Part shown: in pieces, positions 55,096 through 64,000 of the stretch
Layout: each line of letters starts with the position of its first letter
How positions within the stretch are numbered: the stretch's first letter is position 1
NCBI GenBank assembly: GCA_964624315.1
Contig: CAZUWJ010000001.1
Coordinates: forward strand, 21,160-85,159
Direction: 5' to 3'
Length of the DNA: 64,000 bases
Origin: an uncultured Gammaproteobacteria bacterium
GTDB lineage: Bacteria > Patescibacteriota > Patescibacteriia > Magasanikbacterales > GWA2-37-8
Notes under the pieces: generated by a model
Seen by the model: the letters and a program-made list of their open reading frames with translations, nothing else
What the model was told of the DNA's origin: nothing
Databases searched by the model: none
Position numbers and translations under genes: made by a program

Positions 55096-56361
55096 TTAAT
55101 CTAACTCTAAACCAACTTGTACAAAATCCCCTCTATCTTTTTTATCTTTAAAAACTTTTACAATACCAAACTCTCCATCATAGCCAGGTATCACATAAAC
55201 ATTACCCTCCCTCACTCTTTTGATAGCCTCGACAATTTTTTTGTCAGTTACATTTTTAATATCTTCTAAACTAACATCTAACAATATACCAAATTCATTC
55301 CCTAATTTTGATATCATCTCATCATACTGTAACTTAACTTTTTTTGTATTTACTCCGCACCCAAAAGTATCAGCCAAAATTTCAGGTAAAGGCACTAAGC
55401 TTTTATATGGGATTCTGTCTACACCGCTATTATCATTTTTATCAGACAACTCATTTATTCTATTTAAAACCCCAACTGTCAGTTTCTTTTTACATTTTGG
55501 GCAAATACCTTTTAATTTTTTTGTTTCTTCTGGCTCGCAAGAAAAATGACAATTGCGACAACCATCTGTATGATACTTTCCTTCTTCTGGATAAAATTCT
55601 ATTGTGTATAAAAATTTCTTTTTGTCTCCTGTTCTAAATATTCTCATTATTTCATTATAATTTATATCTTTTTCATCTTTAAAATCTAAAACATTTGCTT
55701 CTCTACCTAGTTTTTGCAAACTATGGGCATCAGAATTTGAAACCAACGTAATATTATCTAACATTGGCACTTGCCAATTCATCAGAGGGTCAGATGACAA
55801 ACCAGTCTCAATTGCAAAAATATGAGGAGTTAACTCTTCAAACGCATCTTCTAAACTATCATAACCACCTTTAGATCCTAAAATACCAAACCAAGGCGTC
55901 CAAGCGTGCGCTGGAATCATCACCATGCGATCATCAACCCCTAATATCAACTCCAAAAGTTGTTTAGCAGTTAAACCTATAATAGGACGCCCGTCTGATT
56001 TTAAATTAAAACCATCTTTTTCTAATTTTTTATTAAATTTTTCTGCAATTTCTATATTAGGAGCAAAAACACATAAATGAACGCGTCTAGTTTTATCTTT
56101 ATGTTTTTTGATAACTGCTAATTCTGTTCCAATAATGAATTTTGTTGGGCTTGACCCATCTTTTAATTTATAAATTCCAGAAGTATCCTCTACTAGATTT
56201 TCTTTTATATGTTCAAACCAGCCCGGATGAGTAAAGTCCCCGGTTGAAACTATATCTATTCCCCTTACCTCGCAAGCTTTAGCAATTTTGGGCAATACCA
56301 ACTCTGGGGAACAAGCTCGAGAATATTTTGAATGGATATGAAGGTCTAGGATTTTTTTCAT
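55096..56361 (-). CDS. PHP-domain nuclease, endonuclease Q-like
   Basis: 421 aa. N-terminal DLHIHSKYSRA PHP motif, further His/Asp ligands (IPAHAW, SNSDAH) and a C-terminal zinc finger (CRNCHFSC ... CPKCKKK), as in archaeal EndoQ. Confidence 0.45.
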   Translation of the reverse strand: MKKILDLHIHSKYSRACSPELVLPKIAKACEVRGIDIVSTGDFTHPGWFEHIKENLVEDTSGIYKLKDGSSPTKFIIGTELAVIKKHKDKTRRVHLCVFAPNIEIAEKFNKKLEKDGFNLKSDGRPIIGLTAKQLLELILGVDDRMVMIPAHAWTPWFGILGSKGGYDSLEDAFEELTPHIFAIETGLSSDPLMNWQVPMLDNITLVSNSDAHSLQKLGREANVLDFKDEKDINYNEIMRIFRTGDKKKFLYTIEFYPEEGKYHTDGCRNCHFSCEPEETKKLKGICPKCKKKLTVGVLNRINELSDKNDNSGVDRIPYKSLVPLPEILADTFGCGVNTKKVKLQYDEMISKLGNEFGILLDVSLEDIKNVTDKKIVEAIKRVREGNVYVIPGYDGEFGIVKVFKDKKDRGDFVQVGLELD

Positions 56362-56365
56362 AAAA

Positions 56366-56695
56366 CTATAAATTTATTCTAAATTCTTTTCCATAATCCT
56401 CAAAGCCTAAACCTAAATAAAGTTTATGGACTTTTTCTCTTTCATAACGACTAGTGCCAATCAATTTATAACATCCTTGTTTTTTGGCTTCTTCTACCGC
56501 AGCTCTTATAATTTCTTTACCACGACCCTGGCCACGATGTACTTCTGACACAAAAACATCTTCCAACAAAGCATACGGCTCATTGTGTAAACCATTAAAA
56601 ATAATATAAATATAAGCACGAGCGATTTCCACCCCTTCATTTTTAATAAAAATTTTTATTGCTCGACTGGTTTTTTCAGTTGTTTTATAACTCAT
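56366..56695 (-). CDS. GNAT family N-acetyltransferase
   Basis: Acetyl-CoA motif A: VHRGQGRGKEIIRAAVEEAKKQGCYKL. Confidence 0.7.
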   Translation of the reverse strand: MSYKTTEKTSRAIKIFIKNEGVEIARAYIYIIFNGLHNEPYALLEDVFVSEVHRGQGRGKEIIRAAVEEAKKQGCYKLIGTSRYEREKVHKLYLGLGFEDYGKEFRINL

Positions 56696-56699
56696 ATTT

Positions 56700-57650
56700 T
56701 TATATTATTATTTCTTTTAAAATTTTACCCAATTTATTCGGATCCAAACCACCTTCTTCTTTTTCAAAATCTTTAAAAACCAATCTACTCTTATCTATAT
56801 TTTCTAAATCAAAATCTACTAAATACCATTTTTTTTCTTCATACTTCTTTTTGACATCACTATCCAAAATAGTATCATTAGCAATAACCACATCTATTTT
56901 TCTTGGTAAATACATCTCTAATTCACCTACAAAATCACTCAATTTTGTTGGGCCAGTTTCTCCGACACCTTCATAGGCATTGCCTACTACTTGAATTAAT
57001 TTAGCATTTGATTTATTTATCGCTTCTTTTATTCCTAAAGGCAAAATAGAAGCCACTATACTGGTATAAAGACTACCCGGACCAAGTATAATATAATCAG
57101 CTTCTCCAATAACTTTTACCGCTTCTTCCGAAGCTTCAACCCGTGGCTCAAGACCTAATTTTTTAATTCGCAAACTCCTATCATATTCAGGGCGATCGAT
57201 TAAACCTTCTGTTTTTACAATATCACCATTATCAAGTTCAGCTATTAAATCAGAAACTCCGAGGCTAGCCGGGTAAACATGTCCAGCAGCTTCCACAGCT
57301 TGCTCTAAAGCTCTGACAGCCGACATCCAATCACCGGCATACTGTTCTGCTAAAACTAAAAATATATTGCCTAAATCATGATTGTCTAATTTACCGGCAC
57401 CACTAAAACGGTTGCTATAAAAAATTTGTTTTAAAAATGTATAATCATATTTTGACATAGCTAATATTGCTCGCAAAATATCACCCGCTGGTAAAGTATT
57501 AAATTCTTTTCGTAAACTTCCTGAAGATCCAGTAGAATCACTCATAGAAATAACAGCTGACAATTCAATATTATCTATATTTTGTTTCAAGGCGTTAATT
57601 GATATGGCACTACCGTTGCCTCCGCCTATAACGACAATTTTTTTTTTCAT
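56700..57650 (-). CDS. YvcK/CofD-family (UPF0052) gluconeogenesis-factor-like protein
   Basis: KIVVIGGGNGSAISINAL N-terminal motif, LPAGDILRA, and size about 316 aa. Confidence 0.6.
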   Translation of the reverse strand: MKKKIVVIGGGNGSAISINALKQNIDNIELSAVISMSDSTGSSGSLRKEFNTLPAGDILRAILAMSKYDYTFLKQIFYSNRFSGAGKLDNHDLGNIFLVLAEQYAGDWMSAVRALEQAVEAAGHVYPASLGVSDLIAELDNGDIVKTEGLIDRPEYDRSLRIKKLGLEPRVEASEEAVKVIGEADYIILGPGSLYTSIVASILPLGIKEAINKSNAKLIQVVGNAYEGVGETGPTKLSDFVGELEMYLPRKIDVVIANDTILDSDVKKKYEEKKWYLVDFDLENIDKSRLVFKDFEKEEGGLDPNKLGKILKEIII

Positions 57651-57662
57651 ATTTTTTTAGTT

Positions 57663-59486
57663 TTATTCAACAGTCACACTCTTCGCCAAATTACGAGGTC
57701 TGTCTACATCTCTCTTAAGCATAACTGCAACATGGTAGGCAAACATCTGCAAAGGTATGGTATTTAAAAGTGGTTCCAAAAGCTCCATTGTATTTGGTAC
57801 ATAAATTACATCCTCCGACAATTCTTTTACTTTTTCATCACCATCGGTAGCAAGTAAAATTAACGGAGACTTACGAGCTTTTACTTCTTCTATATTACTT
57901 CTCATTTTTTCATAGAGCTGATCTTTTACCATAATACCAAACACAGGAAAATCTTCTGAGAGCAGAGCAATCGGACCATGTTTTAATTCTCCACCCGGAT
58001 AACCTTCGCTATGAATATAAGAAATTTCTTTTAACTTTAGAGATCCTTCAAGAGCAACTGGAAAATTTATTCCTCGCCCTAAAAAAAACATATTTTTTGA
58101 ATCTTTATATTTTTTGGCAATTTCTTTTATTCTATCATTTTGTTCAAAAATTTTATTCATCTTTTCTGGGATTTCGAGTAATGCGCTAATTAATCTTTGT
58201 CCGGTTGCCAAAGTGACGCGCTTTAGACGGCCCAGCTGAATAGCATACAAAATCATAATAGCCACCATATTGGTGTAGGCTTTTGTAGAAGCTACTGCCA
58301 ACTCTGGACCAGCATGAATATAGCTTCCACCCTCAGTCTCTCGTGCAATGGTAGAACCCACTACATTTACAATTCCCCGCACAAAAACACCTTTGCGCTT
58401 TGCTTCTCTTACAGCTGCCAAAGTATCAGCAGTTTCTCCAGACTGAGAAATAGCAAACACCAAAGTCTTTTTGTTAATTATTGGATCACGATAACGAAAT
58501 TCTGAGGCAACATCTACTTCGCAAGGAATACCAGCTAAACGTTCAAACGCATATTTACCGGCCATCGCTGCATAACTAGCTGTGCCACAGGCAATAATAA
58601 CAATACGCTCCACAGATCTCATCTCCTCATCTGTCATATTAAGTCCACCAAGATGAGCAGTTCCTTCTTCCATATTTATACGACCGCGAATAGCATCTTC
58701 AAATACAGTTGGCTGGTCATGTATTTCTTTTAACATAAAATGTTCATAACCCAATTTCTGTGCCTGACTTTCATCCCAGTTAATTTCTTCTACACATTTA
58801 ACAATATTTTCATCTTTCAAATTAAAAGTTTCCAAACTACCTGCCTTAATCACCGCTAATTCACCATCATCTAAAAATATAACTTTTTTAGTATAAGCGA
58901 GCATCGGAGAAGCATCCGAAGCAATATAATATCCGTCATCTCCCATGCCGATTACTATTGGACTTCCTAAACGGGCTACCACTAACTCATCCGGATGATC
59001 TTCATGCAAAGCTACCAAACCATATGTACCCCGAACTAAAGCCAAAGCTTTTAAAACTGCTTCATGTAAATCACCAGTATAATTTTTGTCTATTAAATGT
59101 GCTAGCACTTCAGTATCGGTTTCTGTTTTGAATTCTACGTCTCCCAAAAATTCTTCTTTTAAATCACGATAATTTTCTATAATACCATTGTGAACAATAG
59201 ATAACTTACCAGAAAAACCAAAATGAGGGTGAGCATTTTCTTCGGTCACCCCGCCATGCGTAGCCCAACGAGTATGAGCAATACCAATATGACTCTCCGA
59301 AATTTGGCCATTTAATTTTTTTGATAATTCTTCTATCTTTCCAACAGCCCTCACCCTTACCAATTTTTTATCATCAATCAAAGCAACTCCAGCACTGTCA
59401 TAGCCACGATATTCTAAACGTTCTAAACCTTTTATTAAAATAGGTAAAGCTTGTTTTTGACCAATGTAACCTATAATTCCACACAT
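57663..59486 (-). CDS. glmS: glutamine--fructose-6-phosphate aminotransferase (GlcN-6-P synthase)
   Basis: N-terminal MCGIIGYIG (Ntn Cys), two SIS domains, C-terminal ... SVTVE. Confidence 0.9.
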   Translation of the reverse strand: MCGIIGYIGQKQALPILIKGLERLEYRGYDSAGVALIDDKKLVRVRAVGKIEELSKKLNGQISESHIGIAHTRWATHGGVTEENAHPHFGFSGKLSIVHNGIIENYRDLKEEFLGDVEFKTETDTEVLAHLIDKNYTGDLHEAVLKALALVRGTYGLVALHEDHPDELVVARLGSPIVIGMGDDGYYIASDASPMLAYTKKVIFLDDGELAVIKAGSLETFNLKDENIVKCVEEINWDESQAQKLGYEHFMLKEIHDQPTVFEDAIRGRINMEEGTAHLGGLNMTDEEMRSVERIVIIACGTASYAAMAGKYAFERLAGIPCEVDVASEFRYRDPIINKKTLVFAISQSGETADTLAAVREAKRKGVFVRGIVNVVGSTIARETEGGSYIHAGPELAVASTKAYTNMVAIMILYAIQLGRLKRVTLATGQRLISALLEIPEKMNKIFEQNDRIKEIAKKYKDSKNMFFLGRGINFPVALEGSLKLKEISYIHSEGYPGGELKHGPIALLSEDFPVFGIMVKDQLYEKMRSNIEEVKARKSPLILLATDGDEKVKELSEDVIYVPNTMELLEPLLNTIPLQMFAYHVAVMLKRDVDRPRNLAKSVTVE

Positions 59487-59509
59487 AAATTTAATTTTTA
59501 ATTTCTAAT

Positions 59510-59989
59510 TTATTTTAAACCCATTTCAAAAGCTTTTTTATTTTCTTCCCAGTTTGGTTTTGTGGATAATTTTTCTTCCAAAAGTTTAAAAGCATTCTCC
59601 AATATATCAATTTTATTTTCTTTTAATTTTTTTAAAATTACCCCTAGAAAAAATATATTAAAACTAAACAATGAAATACTTTGTTCTTTTAGTCTATCTT
59701 TAAAATCTAAAATATCTATTTTTTCTGTTTTATCTCCGATATAATTTTTTATTCTTTCTCTCGCTTGGTCTGACAAAATTAAAACAACATCAGCCTGGCT
59801 AAATTTTGGATAGACAATCTCATCTTCTGAAATTTTTATAAAAGATAAAGAGACGCCACCTCTTTGTTCCAAGCCATAATTTGGAATTTGCATGATATCC
59901 AAACCACTCTCAAAAACACTGTTCGATAAAATCTTTGAAATAAGTTGTACACCTTGTCCGCCGTCTCCGGCAAGTAAAATTTTTAACAT
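59510..59989 (-). CDS. 2-oxoacid:ferredoxin oxidoreductase gamma subunit
   Basis: MLKILLAGDGGQGVQLISKIL, the POR/KOR gamma-subunit start. Confidence 0.65.
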   Translation of the reverse strand: MLKILLAGDGGQGVQLISKILSNSVFESGLDIMQIPNYGLEQRGGVSLSFIKISEDEIVYPKFSQADVVLILSDQARERIKNYIGDKTEKIDILDFKDRLKEQSISLFSFNIFFLGVILKKLKENKIDILENAFKLLEEKLSTKPNWEENKKAFEMGLK

Positions 59990-60014
59990 AAGTTTATAAT
60001 AATTTTAATATAAC

Positions 60015-60091
60015 TGTCATCCTGAGTGAAACGAAGGATCTTAATTCCGCTACTAGATTCTTCGCTCCACTCAGAATGACAACCTGATTAT
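60015..60091. repeat. MITE-like palindromic repeat, GAACGAAGGATC-core subfamily
   Basis: TGTCATCCTGAGTGAAACGAAGGATCT ... GATTCTTCGCTCCACTCAGAATGACA between the gamma and beta subunit genes. Confidence 0.7.
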
Positions 60092-60771
60092 ATCTCCCCC
60101 AACTTAAACACTTCTTTTAGACTGTTTAATTTATTAATAGTATCTACCCCTTTGGTTTTCCAGTTAGTCGGACACATCGACAATATCTCAACACAAGCAA
60201 AATGACCAGACTTTTGAGTTTCAACTGCTTTTTCAATATAACTTTTTAAATTCCCCACATCATTTACGGCAGTTCTAGCTAAAAATGCTTTTTCACTAGC
60301 TACTTCACGTAAAAGTTTTATACCGTCTAATGGCTCTGCTTCCACACCTTCTGGGGTAGTATCTGTTTTTTGCCCTTTTAAAGTTGTTGGAGCCGTTTGC
60401 CCTCCAGTCATTGCATAAATAGTATTATTAACCACCAAAATTGTAACAGGCTCATCACGCCTAGCTGCCCACAGTAAACTTTGCAATCCAATAGCATAAG
60501 CTCCGCCGTCTCCAGTTAATCCAATGACGGTTGAATCTTTTTTGGCTCTTTTAAAACCCATGATAGTTGGGGTCACCCGACCGTGATGAGTCTGAAAAGT
60601 ATTAATAGGCAAAAAATTCCAAGCCAAAAGTGAACAACCAATATCAAGCCCTAAAACTGATTTTTCTTTTATACCCATATCAGACAAAACTTTTTCTAAA
60701 ATCATTAAAACTATGGGGTAGCCACAGCCAGGACAAAATTTACAGGCACTATTATTTATTTCTTTATTCAT
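60088..60771 (-). CDS. 2-oxoacid:ferredoxin oxidoreductase beta subunit (TPP-binding)
   Basis: CPGCGYP ... GLTGDGGAYAIG ... TPP-binding GDG motif. Confidence 0.7.
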   Translation of the reverse strand: MNKEINNSACKFCPGCGYPIVLMILEKVLSDMGIKEKSVLGLDIGCSLLAWNFLPINTFQTHHGRVTPTIMGFKRAKKDSTVIGLTGDGGAYAIGLQSLLWAARRDEPVTILVVNNTIYAMTGGQTAPTTLKGQKTDTTPEGVEAEPLDGIKLLREVASEKAFLARTAVNDVGNLKSYIEKAVETQKSGHFACVEILSMCPTNWKTKGVDTINKLNSLKEVFKLGEI

Positions 60772-60780
60772 ATTAATTTT

Positions 60781-61806
60781 TTATAAGTTAGAAATTTTAT
60801 CCATAATTTCTTCCGCCTCAATCCCTACGGCTGGTTTTTGTAAATAATGAAAACTAACATTAGAACAATCTTCTATTCCATCTTTGACTAATTTGGACAA
60901 TTGCCCAAAACTTGATTCTACAATTAAAACTTTTTTAACTTTATTTAAATTTTTATTTAAACTCTCGATATCTAACGGTCGCAAAGTTATAGGACGCCAT
61001 AGTCCAACTTTTTTATTCTCTTTTCTTAATTTTTTTACAGCTAATTTAGCCGCTGCCCCGACTATACCGTGAGCAATAATTAAAATTTCAGCGCCCTCTG
61101 TTTCAAATTCTTCAGACTCCACAACTTCAACTGACATCTTTTCAAAATCCGATTTTGTTTTTTCTAATTCCTCAAATAATTCTTCTTCAAAAGTAAAAAT
61201 ATTCCTCCAATGTTTTATTTCCCCTTCTTTAACCAAAGGATATGGTTTTTCATTTTCTAAATTTTCAAACTTAGAAAAATCGACCACTCCTTTTGTTTTT
61301 AAAAGATAACCATCAGTCAAAATAATAGTTGGAAACCTATATTTCCAAGCATTGTTAAACGCCAACCGAGCCATAAAATATAGTTCTTCCAAATTAGAAG
61401 CAGAATAAACCAGGCGCATCCCTTCGCCGTTACCACCATAACAAGCCAGCGTAACTTCTTGTTGAGAATAAATCACCGTACCAGAAGAAGGTCCACCTCT
61501 TTGAGCCACAACTGTTACGAACGGCAAACGCATCCCTTCGGCCATAGACAACCCGTCCTGCATCAAAACATGACCTGGGCCAGCAGTAGCTGTAAACGTT
61601 TTTTGCCCAGCAATAGCCGCTCCACACACAGCAAAGCCAGCCGCTATTTCATCTTCGGTCTGTAAATATTTTTTACCACTCCCAATCCAGCCAGTAAAAA
61701 CTTCTGTCCCCGGGGTTATGGGATAACCATACATCATCTCTGCCCCAGCGTCTATTACTCCTCTGACTACGACTTCGGAGCCAGTTAAAAAATGTTTTTT
61801 ATTCAT
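60781..61806 (-). CDS. 2-oxoacid:ferredoxin oxidoreductase alpha subunit
   Basis: GYPITPGTEV ... transketolase-like Pyr domain. Forms a 3-gene operon with the beta and gamma subunits. Confidence 0.7.
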   Translation of the reverse strand: MNKKHFLTGSEVVVRGVIDAGAEMMYGYPITPGTEVFTGWIGSGKKYLQTEDEIAAGFAVCGAAIAGQKTFTATAGPGHVLMQDGLSMAEGMRLPFVTVVAQRGGPSSGTVIYSQQEVTLACYGGNGEGMRLVYSASNLEELYFMARLAFNNAWKYRFPTIILTDGYLLKTKGVVDFSKFENLENEKPYPLVKEGEIKHWRNIFTFEEELFEELEKTKSDFEKMSVEVVESEEFETEGAEILIIAHGIVGAAAKLAVKKLRKENKKVGLWRPITLRPLDIESLNKNLNKVKKVLIVESSFGQLSKLVKDGIEDCSNVSFHYLQKPAVGIEAEEIMDKISNL

Positions 61807-62569
61807 ATTTTTTTAAATCATTAGCTTTTTGTAATTCTTCATTTGTATTTATGCCACACCACTCGGCCGAATCTTTTAATTCTACCAAATTAGTTTTTTC
61901 ATTTTGTCTGTTAGCTATATCAACCATGCTTGGCAAACCATATTCTCCTAAACCCGGTATCGCTCCAATTTTTTGATAATTGGCCTCAAACCAGTCTCTC
62001 TCAAATATAAATGTGCCAGTAGAAATCTCTTTTATTTTTTTATCTTCATCACTTAAATTTTCTTTTTCTTTAATCTCAAACCTACCACCCTTTTTCAAAA
62101 CTCGTCCATATTGATGATATTGTAAATTATCAGCTATTTCTGAAATTAATAAAGTCAAAATAGCTCCGGAATCCAACTGTTTTTCTACCAAATCTTTCAA
62201 AGTATCAACTTTATAAAAAAGGCTGTCGTCCCCTCCTAACACTAAAACATGTTTTATGTTATCTCCTAAAACTTTTATACCTACATAGGCTGCGTGGGCA
62301 GTTCCTAGTCGTTCCTCTTGAAAAGCGTAAGTTACTTCACTGCCAAAATAATCAACTACCTTTTCTTTTTTAAAACCTATTACCAAACAAATTTGTTCAG
62401 GAGTCAAACCTAAACCTTTTAAAGTTTCTATAGTATAATAAACCATCGGCTTACCCGATACTTCTAACATTACTTTTGGTTTGTCCACGCAATTCAAGCG
62501 AGTCCCTTTGCCAGCTGACAAAACTACTGCCCCTAAATTTTCTAAATTAATGACTGACATACTCTGCAA
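61799..62569 (-). CDS. sugar-phosphate nucleotidyltransferase (NTP_transferase fold)
   Basis: AVVLSAGKGTRL ... VDKPK signature of GlmU/RmlA-like nucleotidyltransferases. Confidence 0.5.
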   Translation of the reverse strand: MQSMSVINLENLGAVVLSAGKGTRLNCVDKPKVMLEVSGKPMVYYTIETLKGLGLTPEQICLVIGFKKEKVVDYFGSEVTYAFQEERLGTAHAAYVGIKVLGDNIKHVLVLGGDDSLFYKVDTLKDLVEKQLDSGAILTLLISEIADNLQYHQYGRVLKKGGRFEIKEKENLSDEDKKIKEISTGTFIFERDWFEANYQKIGAIPGLGEYGLPSMVDIANRQNEKTNLVELKDSAEWCGINTNEELQKANDLKKYE

Positions 62570-63176
62570 TATCTAGTAAATTATAAAAATACGGTAGGCG
62601 CGCTAAATCATATTTAACTTTTAAAACATGCTCATTGGCTTTTATAACAGTTCTTAATTTAGTATAAATTCTATTCATTTGAACCGCCTGCTTTATTTCA
62701 TTGTCTATAAACCAAACATGTTTATCTTCAGTTTTTTCTAAAAGTTCACCAATGACATGCTGTTTGGTATCATCAACAAAAAACAATCTATCAAAATATT
62801 TATCTACCCCAGACAATTTTACTTTAAACTCTTGAAAGCTAGGCTCTCCCAAACTTAAAAGTACCAAACTATCACCTGTTTGTTTTAATTTTTCCAAAAA
62901 ATTAAATACTTCAGGAAATAATATTTCTGGCATTTTTTTATTAACTTCATCTAATTTTGCTAAAACTTCTTTTTTTACAAAACCATATTTATAATGCAAA
63001 ATATCAGCATGACGTTTATCGCAGTATGTTGAAATATTCTCATCATCGTAACGCGCCTCACTATAGGAATTCCAGTAAATTTCTTCGCTCACACCTAAAG
63101 ATAACAAAGCTTTCATTCTTTCTTTTTTGAATTTCTGCGTATCTAATAAAGTGTCGTCAAAATCTATAATATACAT
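62547..63176 (-). CDS. HAD-superfamily hydrolase
   Basis: Motif I MYIIDFDDTLLDT (DxD) at the N-terminus. Confidence 0.5.
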   Translation of the reverse strand: MYIIDFDDTLLDTQKFKKERMKALLSLGVSEEIYWNSYSEARYDDENISTYCDKRHADILHYKYGFVKKEVLAKLDEVNKKMPEILFPEVFNFLEKLKQTGDSLVLLSLGEPSFQEFKVKLSGVDKYFDRLFFVDDTKQHVIGELLEKTEDKHVWFIDNEIKQAVQMNRIYTKLRTVIKANEHVLKVKYDLARLPYFYNLLDIAEYVSH

Positions 63177-63194
63177 ATTTATAATTCATGATTT

Positions 63195-63261
63195 TGTCAT
63201 CCTGAGTGGAACGAAGGATCTAACAACGTACTTAAAATTCTTCGCTCCACTCAGAATGACA
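63195..63261. repeat. MITE-like palindromic repeat, GAACGAAGGATC-core subfamily
   Basis: TGTCATCCTGAGTGGAACGAAGGATCT ... ATTCTTCGCTCCACTCAGAATGACA. Closest relative of 60015..60091. Confidence 0.7.
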
Positions 63262-63268
63262 TTTTGTT

Positions 63269-64000
63269 TTAAAGGCTCTTCCAAAGATTATCAAAAATTA
63301 ATCTTTGCATTTTATAAACTCCCTGGTTTTCTATCACCACCCCCACTGGTTCACTTTTAGCATCGAGTGAAATATAGGCGGTTTTACCTGGATAAATAAA
63401 AATATATGTTGGCGTGTCATTTTCAGACGCTTCCAGCCATTTTCTTTCGTCCATTCCACGTAATTCCCCGCCCTGACCCAAGGCAATGGCTTTTACTTTT
63501 ATGCCTTTTGATATTCTAACATCTGAAAAAGTTTCAAAATCATTATAAAGGAACTCTCTAATACCAGCAGTTGAATATACCCTGTATTCTTTTTCAATAG
63601 TATCATCACAAACACCAAGCACGTCTTCTAATATCTTATAGATTTCTTTCTTACCATAATATCTAGAAATTGGCTTATTTCCCCCACTATGATGGAGTGA
63701 CTTTAATTCAGGGATAAATCTTTCTAATTTTTTATCTACCTCTCCTAGCTCTAAAGAACGATTTTTAACCAAATCATGTAATTTTACTGGATCTTCAGCC
63801 ACAAAGTACTGTTTTTTATTCTTTTCATAAAAAGAAACCAAACCTTTTTCTTTTAATTCTTTCAAAAGATCATAAACTGTCCCCCTGTTAATTTGGCTAT
63901 ATTCAGCCAAAGCACGAACAGAAGAAGGCCCTAATTCTAATAAATTAAGATATATTTTAGCGCTTTTGTCAGAAAAACCTAATTTTTTAAATAATGTTAT
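63269..64000 (-). CDS. TrmB-like winged-helix transcriptional regulator (N-terminus beyond window end)
   Basis: ORF continues past 64000. The extended translation ... SAKIYLNLLELGPSSVRALAEYSQINRGTVYDLLKELKEKGLV is a TrmB-type wHTH. Confidence 0.45.
   Translation of the reverse strand: MTLFKKLGFSDKSAKIYLNLLELGPSSVRALAEYSQINRGTVYDLLKELKEKGLVSFYEKNKKQYFVAEDPVKLHDLVKNRSLELGEVDKKLERFIPELKSLHHSGGNKPISRYYGKKEIYKILEDVLGVCDDTIEKEYRVYSTAGIREFLYNDFETFSDVRISKGIKVKAIALGQGGELRGMDERKWLEASENDTPTYIFIYPGKTAYISLDAKSEPVGVVIENQGVYKMQRLIFDNLWKSL

Overview
This is a low-GC (about 30%) window from a small-genome bacterium with Patescibacteria/CPR-like traits. The S10/spc ribosomal cluster (tuf-rpsJ, rplC to rplO, secY-adk-map) lacks L30, and many r-proteins carry K/E/A-rich terminal extensions. 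Core genes present: recG (partial), der-pth-dprA-topA-rel, parAB, asnS, recO, ruvX, map, adk, secY, about 22 r-protein genes, tuf, rpsA, gyrA, rpmF-nusB-rnc, glmS, yvcK-like, a 3-subunit 2-oxoacid:ferredoxin oxidoreductase and 4 tRNAs. The accessory content is richer. (1) A complete diversity-generating retroelement: RT, Avd, a 129-bp TR, and a 129-bp VR at the 3' end of its target gene. TR and VR differ at 24 positions, all of them adenines in the TR. The DGR is bracketed by about 94-bp direct repeats that look like a decayed tRNA 3' half. (2) A BcgI-like Type IIB restriction-modification pair lies between the inner repeat and an intact tRNA-Arg, so the two units may be separately acquired islands at that tRNA. 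(3) A MITE-like palindromic repeat family (termini TGTCATCCTGAG ... CTCAGAATGACA) occurs at 10 or more loci. One copy is inserted in-frame in a FemAB-like gene, and one locus is a tandem array. (4) A GIY-YIG nuclease gene sits between a duplicated tRNA-Leu 5' half and the complete tRNA-Leu. (5) Two paralogous GC-rich lipoprotein cassettes, each with a consensus sigma70 promoter, conserved leader and conserved terminator, are wedged between secY and adk. (6) A 60-bp coding repeat is shared by the 3' ends of rplC and rpsA. (7) Other accessory genes: a histone-H1-like K/A/P-repeat protein, an EndoQ-like PHP nuclease, a PIF1/RecD-like helicase next to a strongly acidic protein, and several GC-atypical orphan genes.
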